Source: Pseudomonas phage vB_PaeM_USP_25. Taken from it: a stretch of DNA of 62,537 nt. The number at the start of each line of letters is the position of its first letter. The stretch's first letter is position 1. Below, in pieces: positions 40,101 through 46,437 of the stretch. Both the position numbers and the translations under genes were made by a program. The notes beneath the pieces were generated by a model. It worked only from the letters and a program-made list of their open reading frames with translations, made no database searches and was not told where the DNA came from. Where the stretch lies: sequence record MT491208.1; one strand, 5' to 3'.

Positions 40101-42831
40101 CGACGACGTGGCGCACTACGCGGCCGACGCCGCCGAGCTGGCGCCCAAGCTGCTGCCGCGCCTGGAGACGTGGCGCGACATCGCCAAGTCGCCGATCAGC
40201 GCCGAGGACAACAAGGCCATTGCCAAGCCGATCTTCGAGGGCACACTCATGTGGACCCGCGACGAATCCGGCAAGCCTGTCCGCGTGCAATCGCTGGCCG
40301 ACGCTGCTGCCAACCTGACCGCCGACGAGAAGGCCGACATCCTGCTGGCGCAGGGCAAGATCCCGGAAGGGATGTTGAGAGCCTGGAAGGCGCTGCCGGC
40401 CGAGCAGTTCGAGAAGATGATCGACAGCCGCTACGAGTCGCAATTCCTCAAGCCTGGCATTGTCTGGACCGACGCCGAGCTGCGTTCGATCTTCCAGCTG
40501 AACGATACCCAAGTGGGCCTCTACCACGAGTTCCGCGACGCGACCAATCGCAGCCTGGACACCATGGCCAGGGCCGACCTGCTGCGCTTCGGTGGCGAGG
40601 ACGTGAAGGAGCTGCGTGACGCGGTGATGGATGCGGCCGACGTGCGCGAGGCGGCGATGCTGCTGCGCGACCACCTGGCGCAGATGGCTGATTCATGGCC
40701 GGACCGCGCGACCCAACTGCTGCAAACCGCGCACGGCATGATGGAGCGTGCCGACAAGGTGGCCGAGTTGCAGGCCGAGGGCTACGCGCCGCTGTCTCGC
40801 TTCGGCAAGTACACCGTGGACGTGGTGGAGGACGGCGAGCGCCAATACTTCGGGCTGTTCGAGACGAAGCGCGAAGCCAACCAGATGGCCGAGCAGATGC
40901 GCGCCGAGTTCGGCCAAGGCTCCGTGAGCCAAGGCACCCTGTCCGACGAATCGTTCAAGCTGTTCGCCGGTATCACGCCCGAGTCACTGGAGCTGTTCGG
41001 CAACATGCTGGGCCTCGACTCCACCGGAGATAGCGCGCAGGACCAGGCTTTCCAGGAGTACCTGCGCCTGACCAAGACCAACCGCAGCGCCATGCGCCGG
41101 CTGATCCACCGCAAGGGCATCGCCGGTTACAGCGAGGACGTGGGCCGCGTGTTGGCGTCGTTCGTCTACTCCAACGCCCGCCAGACCGCTGCCGGCCTGC
41201 ACATGGGCGACCTGGGCGATGCGGTGAACGCGATCCCGAAAGAGCAGGGCGAGCTGAAAGACGCCGCCGTGCGCCTGTCCGAGTACATCAAGAACCCGCA
41301 GGAGGAAGCGCAAGCCGTTCGCGGCCTGCTGTTCGCGCAGTACCTGGGCGGATCGGTGGCTTCGGCGTTCGTCAACATGACGCAGCCGTTCGCCGTGTCG
41401 TTCCCCTGGCTGACCCAGCACGGCGGCGCACGCAAAGCATCGTCCGAGCTGATCCGCGCCGCCAAACACATGAGCACCAAGGGCTACAGGTACGAGGCGG
41501 AACTGGCAGAGGCGCTCAAGAAGGCCGAGGACGACGGCGTTGTCAGCCCGCAAGAGGTTCATCAACTGATGGCGCAGGCTCGCGGTAGCGGATCGCTGCG
41601 GGCCGGTGACGGCACGCGCGCGGGTGAGGCAAGGGCGGCCGCCTCCAACGCGGTGGCGCGCCTGTCCGTGGCCTGGGGCAAGCTGTTCGGTGCAGCGGAG
41701 CAGATGAACCGCCGCGTGACCTTTATCGCCGCCTACCGGATCGCGAAGTCGCAGGGCATGCGCGATCCCGATGCGTTCGCGCGCCATGCCGTCACCGAAA
41801 CCCAGTTCGTCTACTCCAAAGCATCCAAGATGCAGTGGGGTCGCGGGGCCATCGGCGGCACGCTGATGACCTTCAAGACCTACTCCGTTGCCTACATGGA
41901 GCTGATGCACCGCCTGTGGAACCAGGGTCAACCTGGCTCGCAAGAGCGCAAGGAAGGCCGCAAGGCAGCGCTGCTGATGCTTGCCACGCTGATGCTGATG
42001 GGCGGGGCCGGTGGCTTGCCGTTCGCCGAGGACGTGGAAGACCTGATCGACGGCCTGGCGCAGCTCGCCGGCTACAACTTCTCCAGCAAGAAGGCCAAGG
42101 AGGAATTCTTGGCCAGCGTGTTCGGCGAGGAAATCGCGCAGTTCATCGACAAGGGCGTGAGCGGTCTACCGGGCGCGCCGCTGGACGTGTCCGGCCGCTT
42201 GGGTATGGGCAACCTGATCCCTGGCACCGGCCTGTTCCAGGAGCGCACCAGCCATACCCGCGACGTGCTGGAGGTGGCGGGGCCAATGGGCGACTTTGCC
42301 AACCGCATTGCCAGCGGCACGCGCAAGGTCCTGGGCGGTGATGTCGGCAGCGGCCTGCTGGAAATGTCGCCGGTTGCCGTGCGCAACGCCGCCAAGGGCG
42401 TGGACATGGCTGTCACTGGCATGTACCGCGACACCAAGGGCTACAAGGTGCTCGACACCAACGTCCTGGAAGCGGCATTGAAGTCGATTGGCTTTCAGCC
42501 GCAGAGCGTGGCACAGGTGCAGGAGGCCAACTGGCTCAACCAGCGCGCCAAGAACTTCTACAGCATGCGGGCGCAGGAGATCCGTTCGCTGTGGGCTACC
42601 GGCATCTTCGAGAAGGACGATGCCAAGGTGCAACGCGCGCGCGATGCCATCGCCGACTGGAACGCCAAGAACCCATCACAGCCCATGCTGATCCGTATCC
42701 CGGATGTCATGCGGCGCGTGCGGGAAATGTCGAAGACCAAGGACCAGCGCATCGCTGATACCGCGCCGAAGGCCATGCGCGTGCAGATGCGGGAGGACGT
42801 GGCGCGCCTGCGTTCAAGCATGGCGGATTAA
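28132..42831 (+). CDS. giant polyvalent virion protein (4899 aa): ParB/Srx-like nuclease, N6-adenine DNA methyltransferase, SNF2-family helicase, two HExxH domains, ART-like domain and C-terminal TM region (DarB-like anti-restriction candidate)
   Basis: single open frame of 14.7 kb. Motifs: ParB-like ...SVPRAEMPQIKAEH...LDGHHQWMA (about 30490..30830). MTase GTGNFY...GNWPFEN (about 32780..33900). Helicase GTGKTF, DEAH-type MILVDEAHEF and a helicase-C block (about 35100..36960). HELQH at 38431 and HEMTH at 39013. ART-like YHGT...EYVAF (about 39520..39930). TM segment near 41970..42030. Confidence 0.8.
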   Translation: MSDQKPWESFQDQGATADSDQKPWESFGGETKPEGKGVLGHVRDLGLSAAKSVIAVPETAVGLLDIPTGGRVGKFLENEDGMVGFRPRQAKEYLSDLHTDQYKAQQQQFQEAEGVLDKTGVALSNPSLIANTVTESIAPMLSGGVAARGILATTKLGQMGVKGAATAGALGEGAVMAGAQAEAIRQETDDGLLTPGQSGAAVATGALGSVFGYAGGRLAQKLGIGDVDTMLARGITPDQVAADLATAPAKSIPRQVIEGAISEGFFEELPQSVSEQIIQNLALDKEWSEGVDEAIVMGTLAGMAMGGPAAGFSALTRPAPAAGDAEAPAADATFEGTPEAPGPIPALPAPVYEAGPDGTIRTTDDMNAANQAARQAEADRLSRIARGEVTDVTPIPAAPLPSEQMGLNPDAGPMSTAAALAVDSGASQQLAGQAALQQAAEIAQQQAKGKGPQPRQGELIDNETGEIITTAQAEPVDRAAELKERINYIRNQARASGWDRHLVEAREAAEAELARLQPQAKAEDAARQVLATGGTEADATRAATDSLIGDMEKTPGISIAQDAPAAVAAAKQEPKAPTTVQEGIEQVRAEKAETPAAPADIKTVIAKQIPQMTDAELQQAVAHYGPEHKRTAKLNKELAKRGVQPSQQPTEIVDGEQAPQAQQAGTQRAQTPGAAAQAQPATADPAAGPVGPASRWDAMTPAERQAVAEKAGVKPVFAKNLPNAGWDRIGASVRAKLSEAMDPELTASLAESKAGAQELAARAAAYEASKAPKIEGRDIGDGWAEFAKESGTISVPRAEMPQIKAEHRGAMVNFLNARGIAHQEETVPAASLKPTQAEFSREKVAKAKAFEGGNRSILVSSDGHVLDGHHQWMASREKGEDVKVIRLDAPIRDLVQAAHEFPSSTTDQASGGATQTTTGPSTSQAVNDFIEGRRADAPTVQEVEREQAPADADPIGREIEKAKQRYMRVRREGDQTKTLAAETRLRKMRTAAIQADDWIEAALAGDQSAIAKLEEAGFADTADAVREQTAQPSTQEAPQAAAAPEAETKAKDADRFAGNKIFTADAVAAARARMKSKLGQLNSGIDPELMMDGMTIAGAYIESGVRDFAQYAAMMSEDFGDKIKPYLLSFWEAARNYPGVDKDGMTSAEESARLHADLLRPVIQAAKASTGVRQAAKEAGIAMAGTIHDWSSKASGQAKVKKAVVDSLLSENGLPENEIDGVMPLADEIYAEIRGLGDSAPAIGTVAEKPKARTRKTGARGDMVLTQDWGVEHIDGYGDSARETGNDTKDAFLKEARNYLNAVADALRAFGFEPHLDRKGKPEKPVSVNEGGPAGSGDVSLVMRNEDNGNNVYITIGDTALRGVVPSTPSGIALMYRVGPGTDRYAAKAGNTWGPVDLSANDLAALVNSRVRPAQENEVRDEQPANGAQDQGRAQEVRGGRGDSQPGTAPADSGDVAPRQPADGGQTGEAGASGRSGVRQPGANVASGEGVPQGRSSGDGRQGAGRAGASDAGTRAGRADGASDAAGSRSGDAATQPLTSPAGTAAQARDLHIENPLDIVGGTPVQRFNRNRAALELLQTLQEEGRQANADEQKVLAGYIGWGSFGQELFQGTWERPVYKDEGVWKERGEWLRDTLGESAWKSAQRSITNAHYTDPPTVMAMWDMVRRMGFEGGKVLEPSMGTGNFYSMMPADLKARSQLTGIELDETTGEIAKQLFPQSNVRIMGYQDSKTPDGFYDLIIGNWPFENTPVADRRYNKLNPMLHDYFFLKTMDQVRPGGIVIGITSAGSMDKQNTAIRRELAKQSELVASIRLPSGAFEEYAGTKVVTDIVILRKRPQRLVAVPNDATWVETGEYQTPSGQSVRVNRHYIDNPQHVIGTLDHGHGTTTFRAGMIVHRPENMAERLRQAVELVPQDIMTPRANTDHLTYYANETGERHGALAVVNGKLMVAMGDQLVEANEKSKYALKDAKKTADREQQLTAAVELRKRHTALVDAERAGHDGKAARKALRDAYQAFTKAHGPLRDSFAMTYLERIEDPFFAELAALENDDGTPAAVMQRSTTRGKRIIENPGVRDAYVLARNQSVNPSLAEVARISGKPEQDVKAELLDSGAVFEAPNGDIVPSDIYLSGNVREKMREAEAALAMGNQAMSVNIQALKDVMPEDVPYFNIETKLGATWVPNDAYKQFVAHMLARESTDGIEVSFRSGRWKVRVSTALNNSREAQANYGSAHVSFGRLVQAAMSNQVLRLTSKDRDGNDVYDAEKTEEANARIAKMREDFGTWLWSDPERRQDLEREYNETRNAWATPKYDGSFLTFEGMALTLGKGEFNLRQHQVNAIWRAIVNRRSLNAHEVGTGKTFTMGGIAVESRRYGIAKKPVILAHNANSATVAAEIRMMYPSARVLYVDNLQPKNRDIRLRQIANDDWDAIVIPHSLIDRLALREETLMQMAADDIAALEAEFYDAAAEDGVDVSKVDLDDDESIGKVRSVTAKELAKARKRIIENIKKQAQQASKEGAVTFEDLGIDMILVDEAHEFKKPPIVTRMQMKGLNTQVSGRSIALQFLTRYVRQMNNGGNVHTFTGTPITNTITEIYHQMRYVMESEMEQANVSDWDGWFGSFATEVQDVELSAAGDYEMVTRLAGFVNVPELRQMVGQYMDTVFADDMPEMQPRKVNGKQMGDELTEAERGQLLNGRTEGAMDRPYKKVVNASADMTERQQEIFRQLQQYAQDWRSASGKERRELMRSGDPRSPIVTEGIATKASFDVRLLDESLAGMEGKTQDDQNSKASRVVANTLEIYNSDPNANQVIFAEMGFSKTVRRTRTDANGDKTTTTHKVFSTIHDIVERLVQGGIPREQIAIVDGSTSKERRKEIAQAMNESRMRVVIGSTDTLGVGVNMQRNLRAMHHLDAPYMPGELEQRNGRGQRQGNQWNTVLEYRYMTDRLDGRRWQILAVKQRFINAFMKANNAARVIEGEAAADEQSDILESFSEAAGDPRILQRVKLQKKLESLQRKERMYTQGIADMRRQARNSSQEAERLTKAIEKIEREGTLESIAGLISAQQQAFTATIDGATYDNRKDAAEALQAYVEAEMRVGDKPRDIGTYGDQVLSIEWMGFSDSPTTTIKAFGQQFAGKGIAGAEAKMRNYPKVVQGDIEQRNAALATAENMRAAMQQPFGQSADLERVAKQLDDLEKDLSLNPVPPPAWLRQGAPIDSEVFRSKKPYIVTGHRYSNDGWFVIAEDAKGTTLIPYLEATDNVGMPLYDEREFVAPEVVAKGDGALTEADRVPDQPKFSFAGRGALGADLLALSTAQRRIGAGEDAETVRQETGWHRGADGKWRFEINDSQADIAVSGRTAGEIIDMAHLGALTDGRQRTTVGDVLDHPQLFAAYPRLAGIPISVTPEGVTAQARLRRLATGFKIEVRADMPRDRMASALVHELQHGIQLAEQFAIGGSKQALISDMDKTGAATYRRLAGEVEARNAQTRLRMTDKMRRDIAPELTADTPASEVLVTFNGRDIVNSQPQNATRPAMTAKSLVRAFDVQFPKLTPALRKMLERGKAGQRGGVVVLDSADPLRIAHEFARKTRTGFHDAVQLFSEGGRIYAFYDPKSGLTFMVGPNLDAVTAPAVLLHEMTHGQQRKRLDQVAMAMLTNRRKTRNADLRAFLDRVAARMVDAGETANAEEAAAYIVEQAVMEGRSQGFAVADSRFLSWVDQTIGKPVGDFLRSFLGMVRSWMLRNGMPVGEITVDDLVGYAMVGMERAAAGRVDGGSTLFSRDAITNSAAFKRWFGDSKVVDADGKPLVVYHGTSDGGFTVFDSRAASDSDASQNAGDAGLGFFFTEDRALAEQHRDRLDGDRPSWATANKEVYAVYLSLQNPFVTSGNVTAERRAELETQGHDGVIYDFGSWKEYVAFRPEQIKSAIGNSGDFDPANRDIRFSRSGVKALADRAALELNNTFTAPGKLHWWHKTIGTMYNLAERSPFFKPVFESAQGFIDDVAHYAADAAELAPKLLPRLETWRDIAKSPISAEDNKAIAKPIFEGTLMWTRDESGKPVRVQSLADAAANLTADEKADILLAQGKIPEGMLRAWKALPAEQFEKMIDSRYESQFLKPGIVWTDAELRSIFQLNDTQVGLYHEFRDATNRSLDTMARADLLRFGGEDVKELRDAVMDAADVREAAMLLRDHLAQMADSWPDRATQLLQTAHGMMERADKVAELQAEGYAPLSRFGKYTVDVVEDGERQYFGLFETKREANQMAEQMRAEFGQGSVSQGTLSDESFKLFAGITPESLELFGNMLGLDSTGDSAQDQAFQEYLRLTKTNRSAMRRLIHRKGIAGYSEDVGRVLASFVYSNARQTAAGLHMGDLGDAVNAIPKEQGELKDAAVRLSEYIKNPQEEAQAVRGLLFAQYLGGSVASAFVNMTQPFAVSFPWLTQHGGARKASSELIRAAKHMSTKGYRYEAELAEALKKAEDDGVVSPQEVHQLMAQARGSGSLRAGDGTRAGEARAAASNAVARLSVAWGKLFGAAEQMNRRVTFIAAYRIAKSQGMRDPDAFARHAVTETQFVYSKASKMQWGRGAIGGTLMTFKTYSVAYMELMHRLWNQGQPGSQERKEGRKAALLMLATLMLMGGAGGLPFAEDVEDLIDGLAQLAGYNFSSKKAKEEFLASVFGEEIAQFIDKGVSGLPGAPLDVSGRLGMGNLIPGTGLFQERTSHTRDVLEVAGPMGDFANRIASGTRKVLGGDVGSGLLEMSPVAVRNAAKGVDMAVTGMYRDTKGYKVLDTNVLEAALKSIGFQPQSVAQVQEANWLNQRAKNFYSMRAQEIRSLWATGIFEKDDAKVQRARDAIADWNAKNPSQPMLIRIPDVMRRVREMSKTKDQRIADTAPKAMRVQMREDVARLRSSMAD
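32393..32746 (+). CDS. alternative-frame ORF embedded in the giant gene (117 aa, helical and charged)
   Basis: frame has GC3 about 85% with typical codons and GAGG-N6-ATG; the giant-gene frame over the same 390 nt has GC3 about 40% and is G/S/R/A low-complexity; opens after TGA 32351..32353 and ends at TAA 32744..32746. Confidence 0.45.
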   Translation: MNNLQMALKIKAERKKYEAEEVIHNRELHQRILETWRRDSPQMAARLEKQGLLDDLAFVSQERMWRAAKAYRKGGLPVTDAREQAEREHLMLEPEQAEPMEPRMPQEAEAAMLPPSR

Positions 42832-42928
42832 TCCCCCTGTAGGGCTTGGTCATGCGCGGTGCATGGCCAAGACTCTCCCTCCAGCAGGGCGAGGCGTGTT
42901 GCCTCCCCGATTGGATGGAATTGCTCGC

Positions 42929-43180
42929 ATGGCAGACAAGGGTGCGGAAATCGCGATAGAGGTAGCGGGTGCATCCGTTGCCAACAAGGCCACCGCTGTA
43001 GGAGCAGCAACCGGCATCGCTGGCTGGGTGGCTCAGGTGAACTGGATCGGCTTGTCCGGCGTGCTTATTGCCATATTGGGCCTGCTGGTCAACTTCTACT
43101 TCCAGCACCGCAGAGACAAACGGGAAGCGGCTGAAAGCGCAGCACGCATCGAGGCCATCCAGGGCCGGTGCGACGTATGA
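42929..43180 (+). CDS. holin (candidate pinholin)
   Basis: 83-aa protein with two hydrophobic segments and a charged C-terminus, immediately upstream of the endolysin; overlapping stop/start. Confidence 0.6.
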   Translation: MADKGAEIAIEVAGASVANKATAVGAATGIAGWVAQVNWIGLSGVLIAILGLLVNFYFQHRRDKREAAESAARIEAIQGRCDV

Positions 43181-43707
43181 CCACGCGCAAGCGCATTGCG
43201 GCCGTTGCGCTGACCTTGAGCGTTTCCGGCTTTGGCGCCTGGAAGGTGAACGAAGGGTTCACTGAAACCGCGATGATTCCCACCAAGGGCGACGTACCCA
43301 CCATCGGCTACGGCTCGACCCGCTACGAAGACGGTACGCCCGTCACCCTGAACGATCCTCCCATCACGCCGCAGCGCGCAGAGCAGCTTGCCCGCAACCT
43401 GCATAGCGAGGAAGAACGCCGCTTTCGCGCGTCGATCCCTGGCGTGGAGCTGTTCCAGGAGGAATACGACCTCTATCTGGACTTCACCGGCAACTTCGGC
43501 ATTGGCAACTGGCGCGGCTCCAGCATGCGCCGGCACCTGCTGGCCGGTGACTACGTGAAGGCTTGTCATGCGCTGCTGATGTGGCGCAAGCAGGGCGGCC
43601 GGGACTGTTCCCTGCCGCAGAACTGGGGGCCGAAAGGCTGCAAAGGGGTTTGGACCCGACAACAGGAGCGCCATGCAAAGTGCATGGCCGCGCAGGTGAG
43701 CGAATGA
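43168..43707 (+). CDS. GH24 lysozyme-type endolysin with probable N-terminal SAR segment
   Basis: EGF(T)E...GDVPTIGYG(ST) catalytic region typical of P22 gp19/T4-type lysozymes; N-terminus RKRIAAVALTLSVSGFGAW is weakly hydrophobic and Gly/Ala/Ser-rich. Confidence 0.75.
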   Translation: MRRMTTRKRIAAVALTLSVSGFGAWKVNEGFTETAMIPTKGDVPTIGYGSTRYEDGTPVTLNDPPITPQRAEQLARNLHSEEERRFRASIPGVELFQEEYDLYLDFTGNFGIGNWRGSSMRRHLLAGDYVKACHALLMWRKQGGRDCSLPQNWGPKGCKGVWTRQQERHAKCMAAQVSE

Positions 43708-44237
43708 ACGTGTGGAATGTTGAACTGAAAGTACCGGCGTGGCTGGCCGCGATGGTGGCCGTGCTGATCGTTGCGCTGGCGCTGGGCACCTACCACTACC
43801 AGGCGGTCTACCAGGCTACCGACAAGGCGCTGATGACGCTGGAGGACAGCGTGAAGACCGCGAACGACACAGCGGCGGCCGAACTGGCGCGGCTGACCGC
43901 CGAGCGCGACGAGAGGCAGGCCAGGCTCGACAAGCTGGCCACGGACCAGGAGAAGAAAGATGCCGATGCAAAGGCTGAGATCGAGCGCCTTGCTGGCGAG
44001 CTGCGTGATCGCCCTATCCGGGTGCGCTACGTCACCGCCCCCAGTGGGCAGGGTAGTGGTGGCGCCGCAAGTCACCCGACCGGAGATCCCGGCGATAGTG
44101 CAGGAAACGCAACCACAGCCAGTGGGGTACTACCGCCAGAAAATTCTCGACGCCTTGGAATCGCCTTGAAGGAGGTGGAGACGTTGAGCGCGGCCTACAA
44201 CTCGTGCCGCTCCTTCCTTGTTGCGAATACGGACTAG
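43704..44237 (+). CDS. Rz-like inner-membrane spanin (i-spanin)
   Basis: N-terminal TM (WLAAMVAVLIVALALG) followed by a charged coiled-coil periplasmic domain; contains a nested lipoprotein ORF. Confidence 0.65.
   Translation: MNVWNVELKVPAWLAAMVAVLIVALALGTYHYQAVYQATDKALMTLEDSVKTANDTAAAELARLTAERDERQARLDKLATDQEKKDADAKAEIERLAGELRDRPIRVRYVTAPSGQGSGGAASHPTGDPGDSAGNATTASGVLPPENSRRLGIALKEVETLSAAYNSCRSFLVANTD
43960..44169 (+). CDS. Rz1-like outer-membrane lipoprotein spanin (o-spanin), nested in Rz in the +1 frame
   Basis: signal peptide with lipobox ALSGC followed by a Pro-rich short mature peptide, entirely inside the Rz gene. Confidence 0.6.
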   Translation: MPMQRLRSSALLASCVIALSGCATSPPPVGRVVVAPQVTRPEIPAIVQETQPQPVGYYRQKILDALESP

Positions 44238-44355
44238 CCAGAAGCGACAGGCGTGGGCTATCATCACCGTTCGTCGTGGGAGCGGCTGGTAGGATCGGCG
44301 GGTAGGCGGCGTAAGTCGTTGATTTGTATGGGGTTGATAGTCCCTTACAAGGCGT

Positions 44356-44388
44356 AGGTCGGGGGTTCGAACCCCTCAGCACCCACCA
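44356..44388 (+). other. tRNA 3' fragment (T-arm, acceptor 3' strand and CCA): putative attP core
   Basis: GGGGG-TTCGAAC-CCCTC T-arm, then AGCACCC-A-CCA; no matching 5' acceptor strand upstream, so it is not a complete tRNA; lies between the lysis genes and the integrase. Confidence 0.5.
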
Positions 44389-44418
44389 CCCACAAGACTT
44401 CGGTTACTCAATGAAATC

Positions 44419-44450
44419 AAGGGCTTAGAGAAATCTAAGCCCTTTTTCTT
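44419..44450 (+). terminator. rho-independent terminator
   Basis: AAGGGCTTAG-agaaat-CTAAGCCCTT stem followed by a T-run. Confidence 0.65.
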
Positions 44451-44568
44451 TGCCCGCTTCGCCCGCCCGAAGGGGAGCCAAGGGGAGCCTCTACCAGCCA
44501 AAAAGAGCGGCTTACCACCCGCTATAATCGCGGGAACGGCGTAGAGCCACTTCCGAGAAAGGATTCTC

Positions 44569-45690
44569 ATGGCGGGCAAGAAGCAGTTCCCCAATGGCAC
44601 CTGGCAGTTCACGTTCAAGAAAGCCGGTGTACTCGACAAGCCGATCTACCTGACGTTCGACACCGAGGCGGAAGGGGATGAATACGCGCGCAAGCTGGAG
44701 CCGCTGCTGGCCAAGGGCATCGTCCCCACCGAGTTCAAGGCCGAGACGCGGATCTACACGATTGACGGCCTGGTCCGCGAGTACGAGCGCAACGCGCACC
44801 CCAGCCCCAAGGACCAGAGCGCCCTGAACGTCGTGGTCAAGCAGCGCGGCAGCACTTCAGTGAAGGCAATTGACGCAGCCTGGGTCGATGACTGGATCAG
44901 CGAAATGAAGCGCGTGGAGAAGATCGCCCCGGCAACCATCCGCGCGCGCATTGGGGCGCTGGCCCGCTGTGCTGACTGGGGCATGCGCAAGGGCTACCTG
45001 GTGATGCCCGACCACCCGCTGCGCACGCTGCCCGACGGCTACGCGCAGTACACCAAGACCGATGAGGCGCTGGCTGGCATCAAGCGCGAGGACGTGGAGC
45101 GCGACCGACGGCTGGAGCCTGGCGAGTACGAGAAGATCCTGGCGGTGATAGACGGCGGCGTGCTGGCACGCAAGCAGCGCCCCCTGGCCATCGAATACCC
45201 GGCAGCGCACCGCTGCCTGTTCGTGCTGGCGGTGGAGTCCGCCATGCGGATGCGGGAAATGTACACCCTGACCCTGGATCAGCTGGACCTGCCACGGCGC
45301 ACCGTGTTTCTCGACAAGACCAAGAACGGCGACAAGCGCCAGGTGCCGCTATCCACCGTGGCGGTGGCTGCCATCAAGGACTACTTGGCCGTCCGCGAGA
45401 TCCCCGAGGGTGTGCCGGAGAGCCTGGTGTTTCCGTGGTGGGATGGCCAGGCCGGCTCACTGGTGAAGCTGTCCGATTACCTGTCGAAGCGCTTCATCGA
45501 CATCTTCCAGCAGGCCGGCGCCGAGGGGCTGAAGTTTCACGACACCCGCCACGAGGCCGTGTCGCGACTCTTTGAGCGGACGAACCTGTCTGAGTCACAG
45601 ATCATGAAGATCAGCGGCCACAAGAGTCACCGGATGATGATGCGCTATGCGAACCTGCGCGGGAGCGACTTGGCCGCCGCGTTGTGGTAG
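44569..45690 (+). CDS. int: tyrosine integrase
   Basis: C-terminal catalytic region ...HDTRHEAVSRLFE...ISGHKSHRMMMRYANL (R, H-x-x-R and Y motifs); adjacent to the tRNA fragment. Confidence 0.8.
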   Translation: MAGKKQFPNGTWQFTFKKAGVLDKPIYLTFDTEAEGDEYARKLEPLLAKGIVPTEFKAETRIYTIDGLVREYERNAHPSPKDQSALNVVVKQRGSTSVKAIDAAWVDDWISEMKRVEKIAPATIRARIGALARCADWGMRKGYLVMPDHPLRTLPDGYAQYTKTDEALAGIKREDVERDRRLEPGEYEKILAVIDGGVLARKQRPLAIEYPAAHRCLFVLAVESAMRMREMYTLTLDQLDLPRRTVFLDKTKNGDKRQVPLSTVAVAAIKDYLAVREIPEGVPESLVFPWWDGQAGSLVKLSDYLSKRFIDIFQQAGAEGLKFHDTRHEAVSRLFERTNLSESQIMKISGHKSHRMMMRYANLRGSDLAAALW

Positions 45691-45895
45691 GGCGCCGGCC
45701 TGGTGCGCCCATGCGGGCGGCCGTCTGCGCGATGATCTGGTCTTCGATGTGCGCGAGCACGTCTTTGGTGAGAAGCACGTATGCACGGCCTACGCGGGCC
45801 GCTGGCAGCACACCGGCACCGATGAGGTCCAGCACCGTCTTGGCGTGGACCTTCATCAGTTCGGCGGCTCCGTGGATGTCTACTGTTGCTTTCAT
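45611..45895 (-). CDS. xis: excisionase/AlpA-like HTH protein
   Basis: MKATVDIHGAAELMKVHAKTVLDLIGAGVLPAARVGRAYVLLTKDVLAHIE resembles Xis/AlpA-type HTH; internal Met chosen as start; 3' end uncertain because it overlaps int. Confidence 0.45.
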   Translation of the reverse strand: MKATVDIHGAAELMKVHAKTVLDLIGAGVLPAARVGRAYVLLTKDVLAHIEDQIIAQTAARMGAPGRRPTTTRRPSRSRAGSHSASSSGDSCGR

Positions 45896-45957
45896 GTCTC
45901 TGCGGGTGGGTTTCTCGGTGTTCGTGCGCGGGATTGGTAACGCGGCCCGCGCGCCGC

Positions 45958-46437
45958 TCAATCAAAAGGGATGTCGTCGTCGAAGCTGTCGTACTCCGGC
46001 GCCGGCTGCTGGGGCTGCTGCTGGCGGGGAGGTGTGCGGGCTGCCTGGTCCTGGCGGCTGGTGCGCTGCTGCTGGCGCGGCGCGTCATCGCCACCACGGA
46101 CGCCGAGCAGCTGCATGGTTCCGCCCATGTCCACCACGACCTCCGTGGTGTAGCGCTTGATCCCGTCCTTCTCCCATTCGCGGGTCTGCAAGCGGCCTTC
46201 GATGTAGCACTGCGACCCTTTGCGCAGGTACTCGCCCGCGATCTCGGCGACCTTGCCGAACAGCACGACGCGGTGCCATTCGGTTCGCTCCTGGAGCTGG
46301 CCGGTTTGCTTGTCCTTCCAGCTGTCGGTGGTGGCCAGGGTGATATTCGTCACCGCGTTGCCGTTGGGCAGGTAGCGGGTTTCAGGATCGCCCCCGCAGT
46401 TGCCGATAAGGATTACTTTATTAACTCCGCGTGCCAT
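45958..46437 (-). CDS. ssb: single-stranded DNA-binding protein
   Basis: OB-fold SSB pattern and acidic C-terminal tail ...DDDIPF. Confidence 0.85.
   Translation of the reverse strand: MARGVNKVILIGNCGGDPETRYLPNGNAVTNITLATTDSWKDKQTGQLQERTEWHRVVLFGKVAEIAGEYLRKGSQCYIEGRLQTREWEKDGIKRYTTEVVVDMGGTMQLLGVRGGDDAPRQQQRTSRQDQAARTPPRQQQPQQPAPEYDSFDDDIPFD

Noticed and set aside
44313-44388. Possible complete tRNA gene next to the integrase.
   Set aside because: Only the T-arm, acceptor 3' strand and CCA are present. The expected 5' acceptor strand (GGGTGCT) is absent upstream, and no D or anticodon arms can be folded. Treated as an att-site tRNA fragment.
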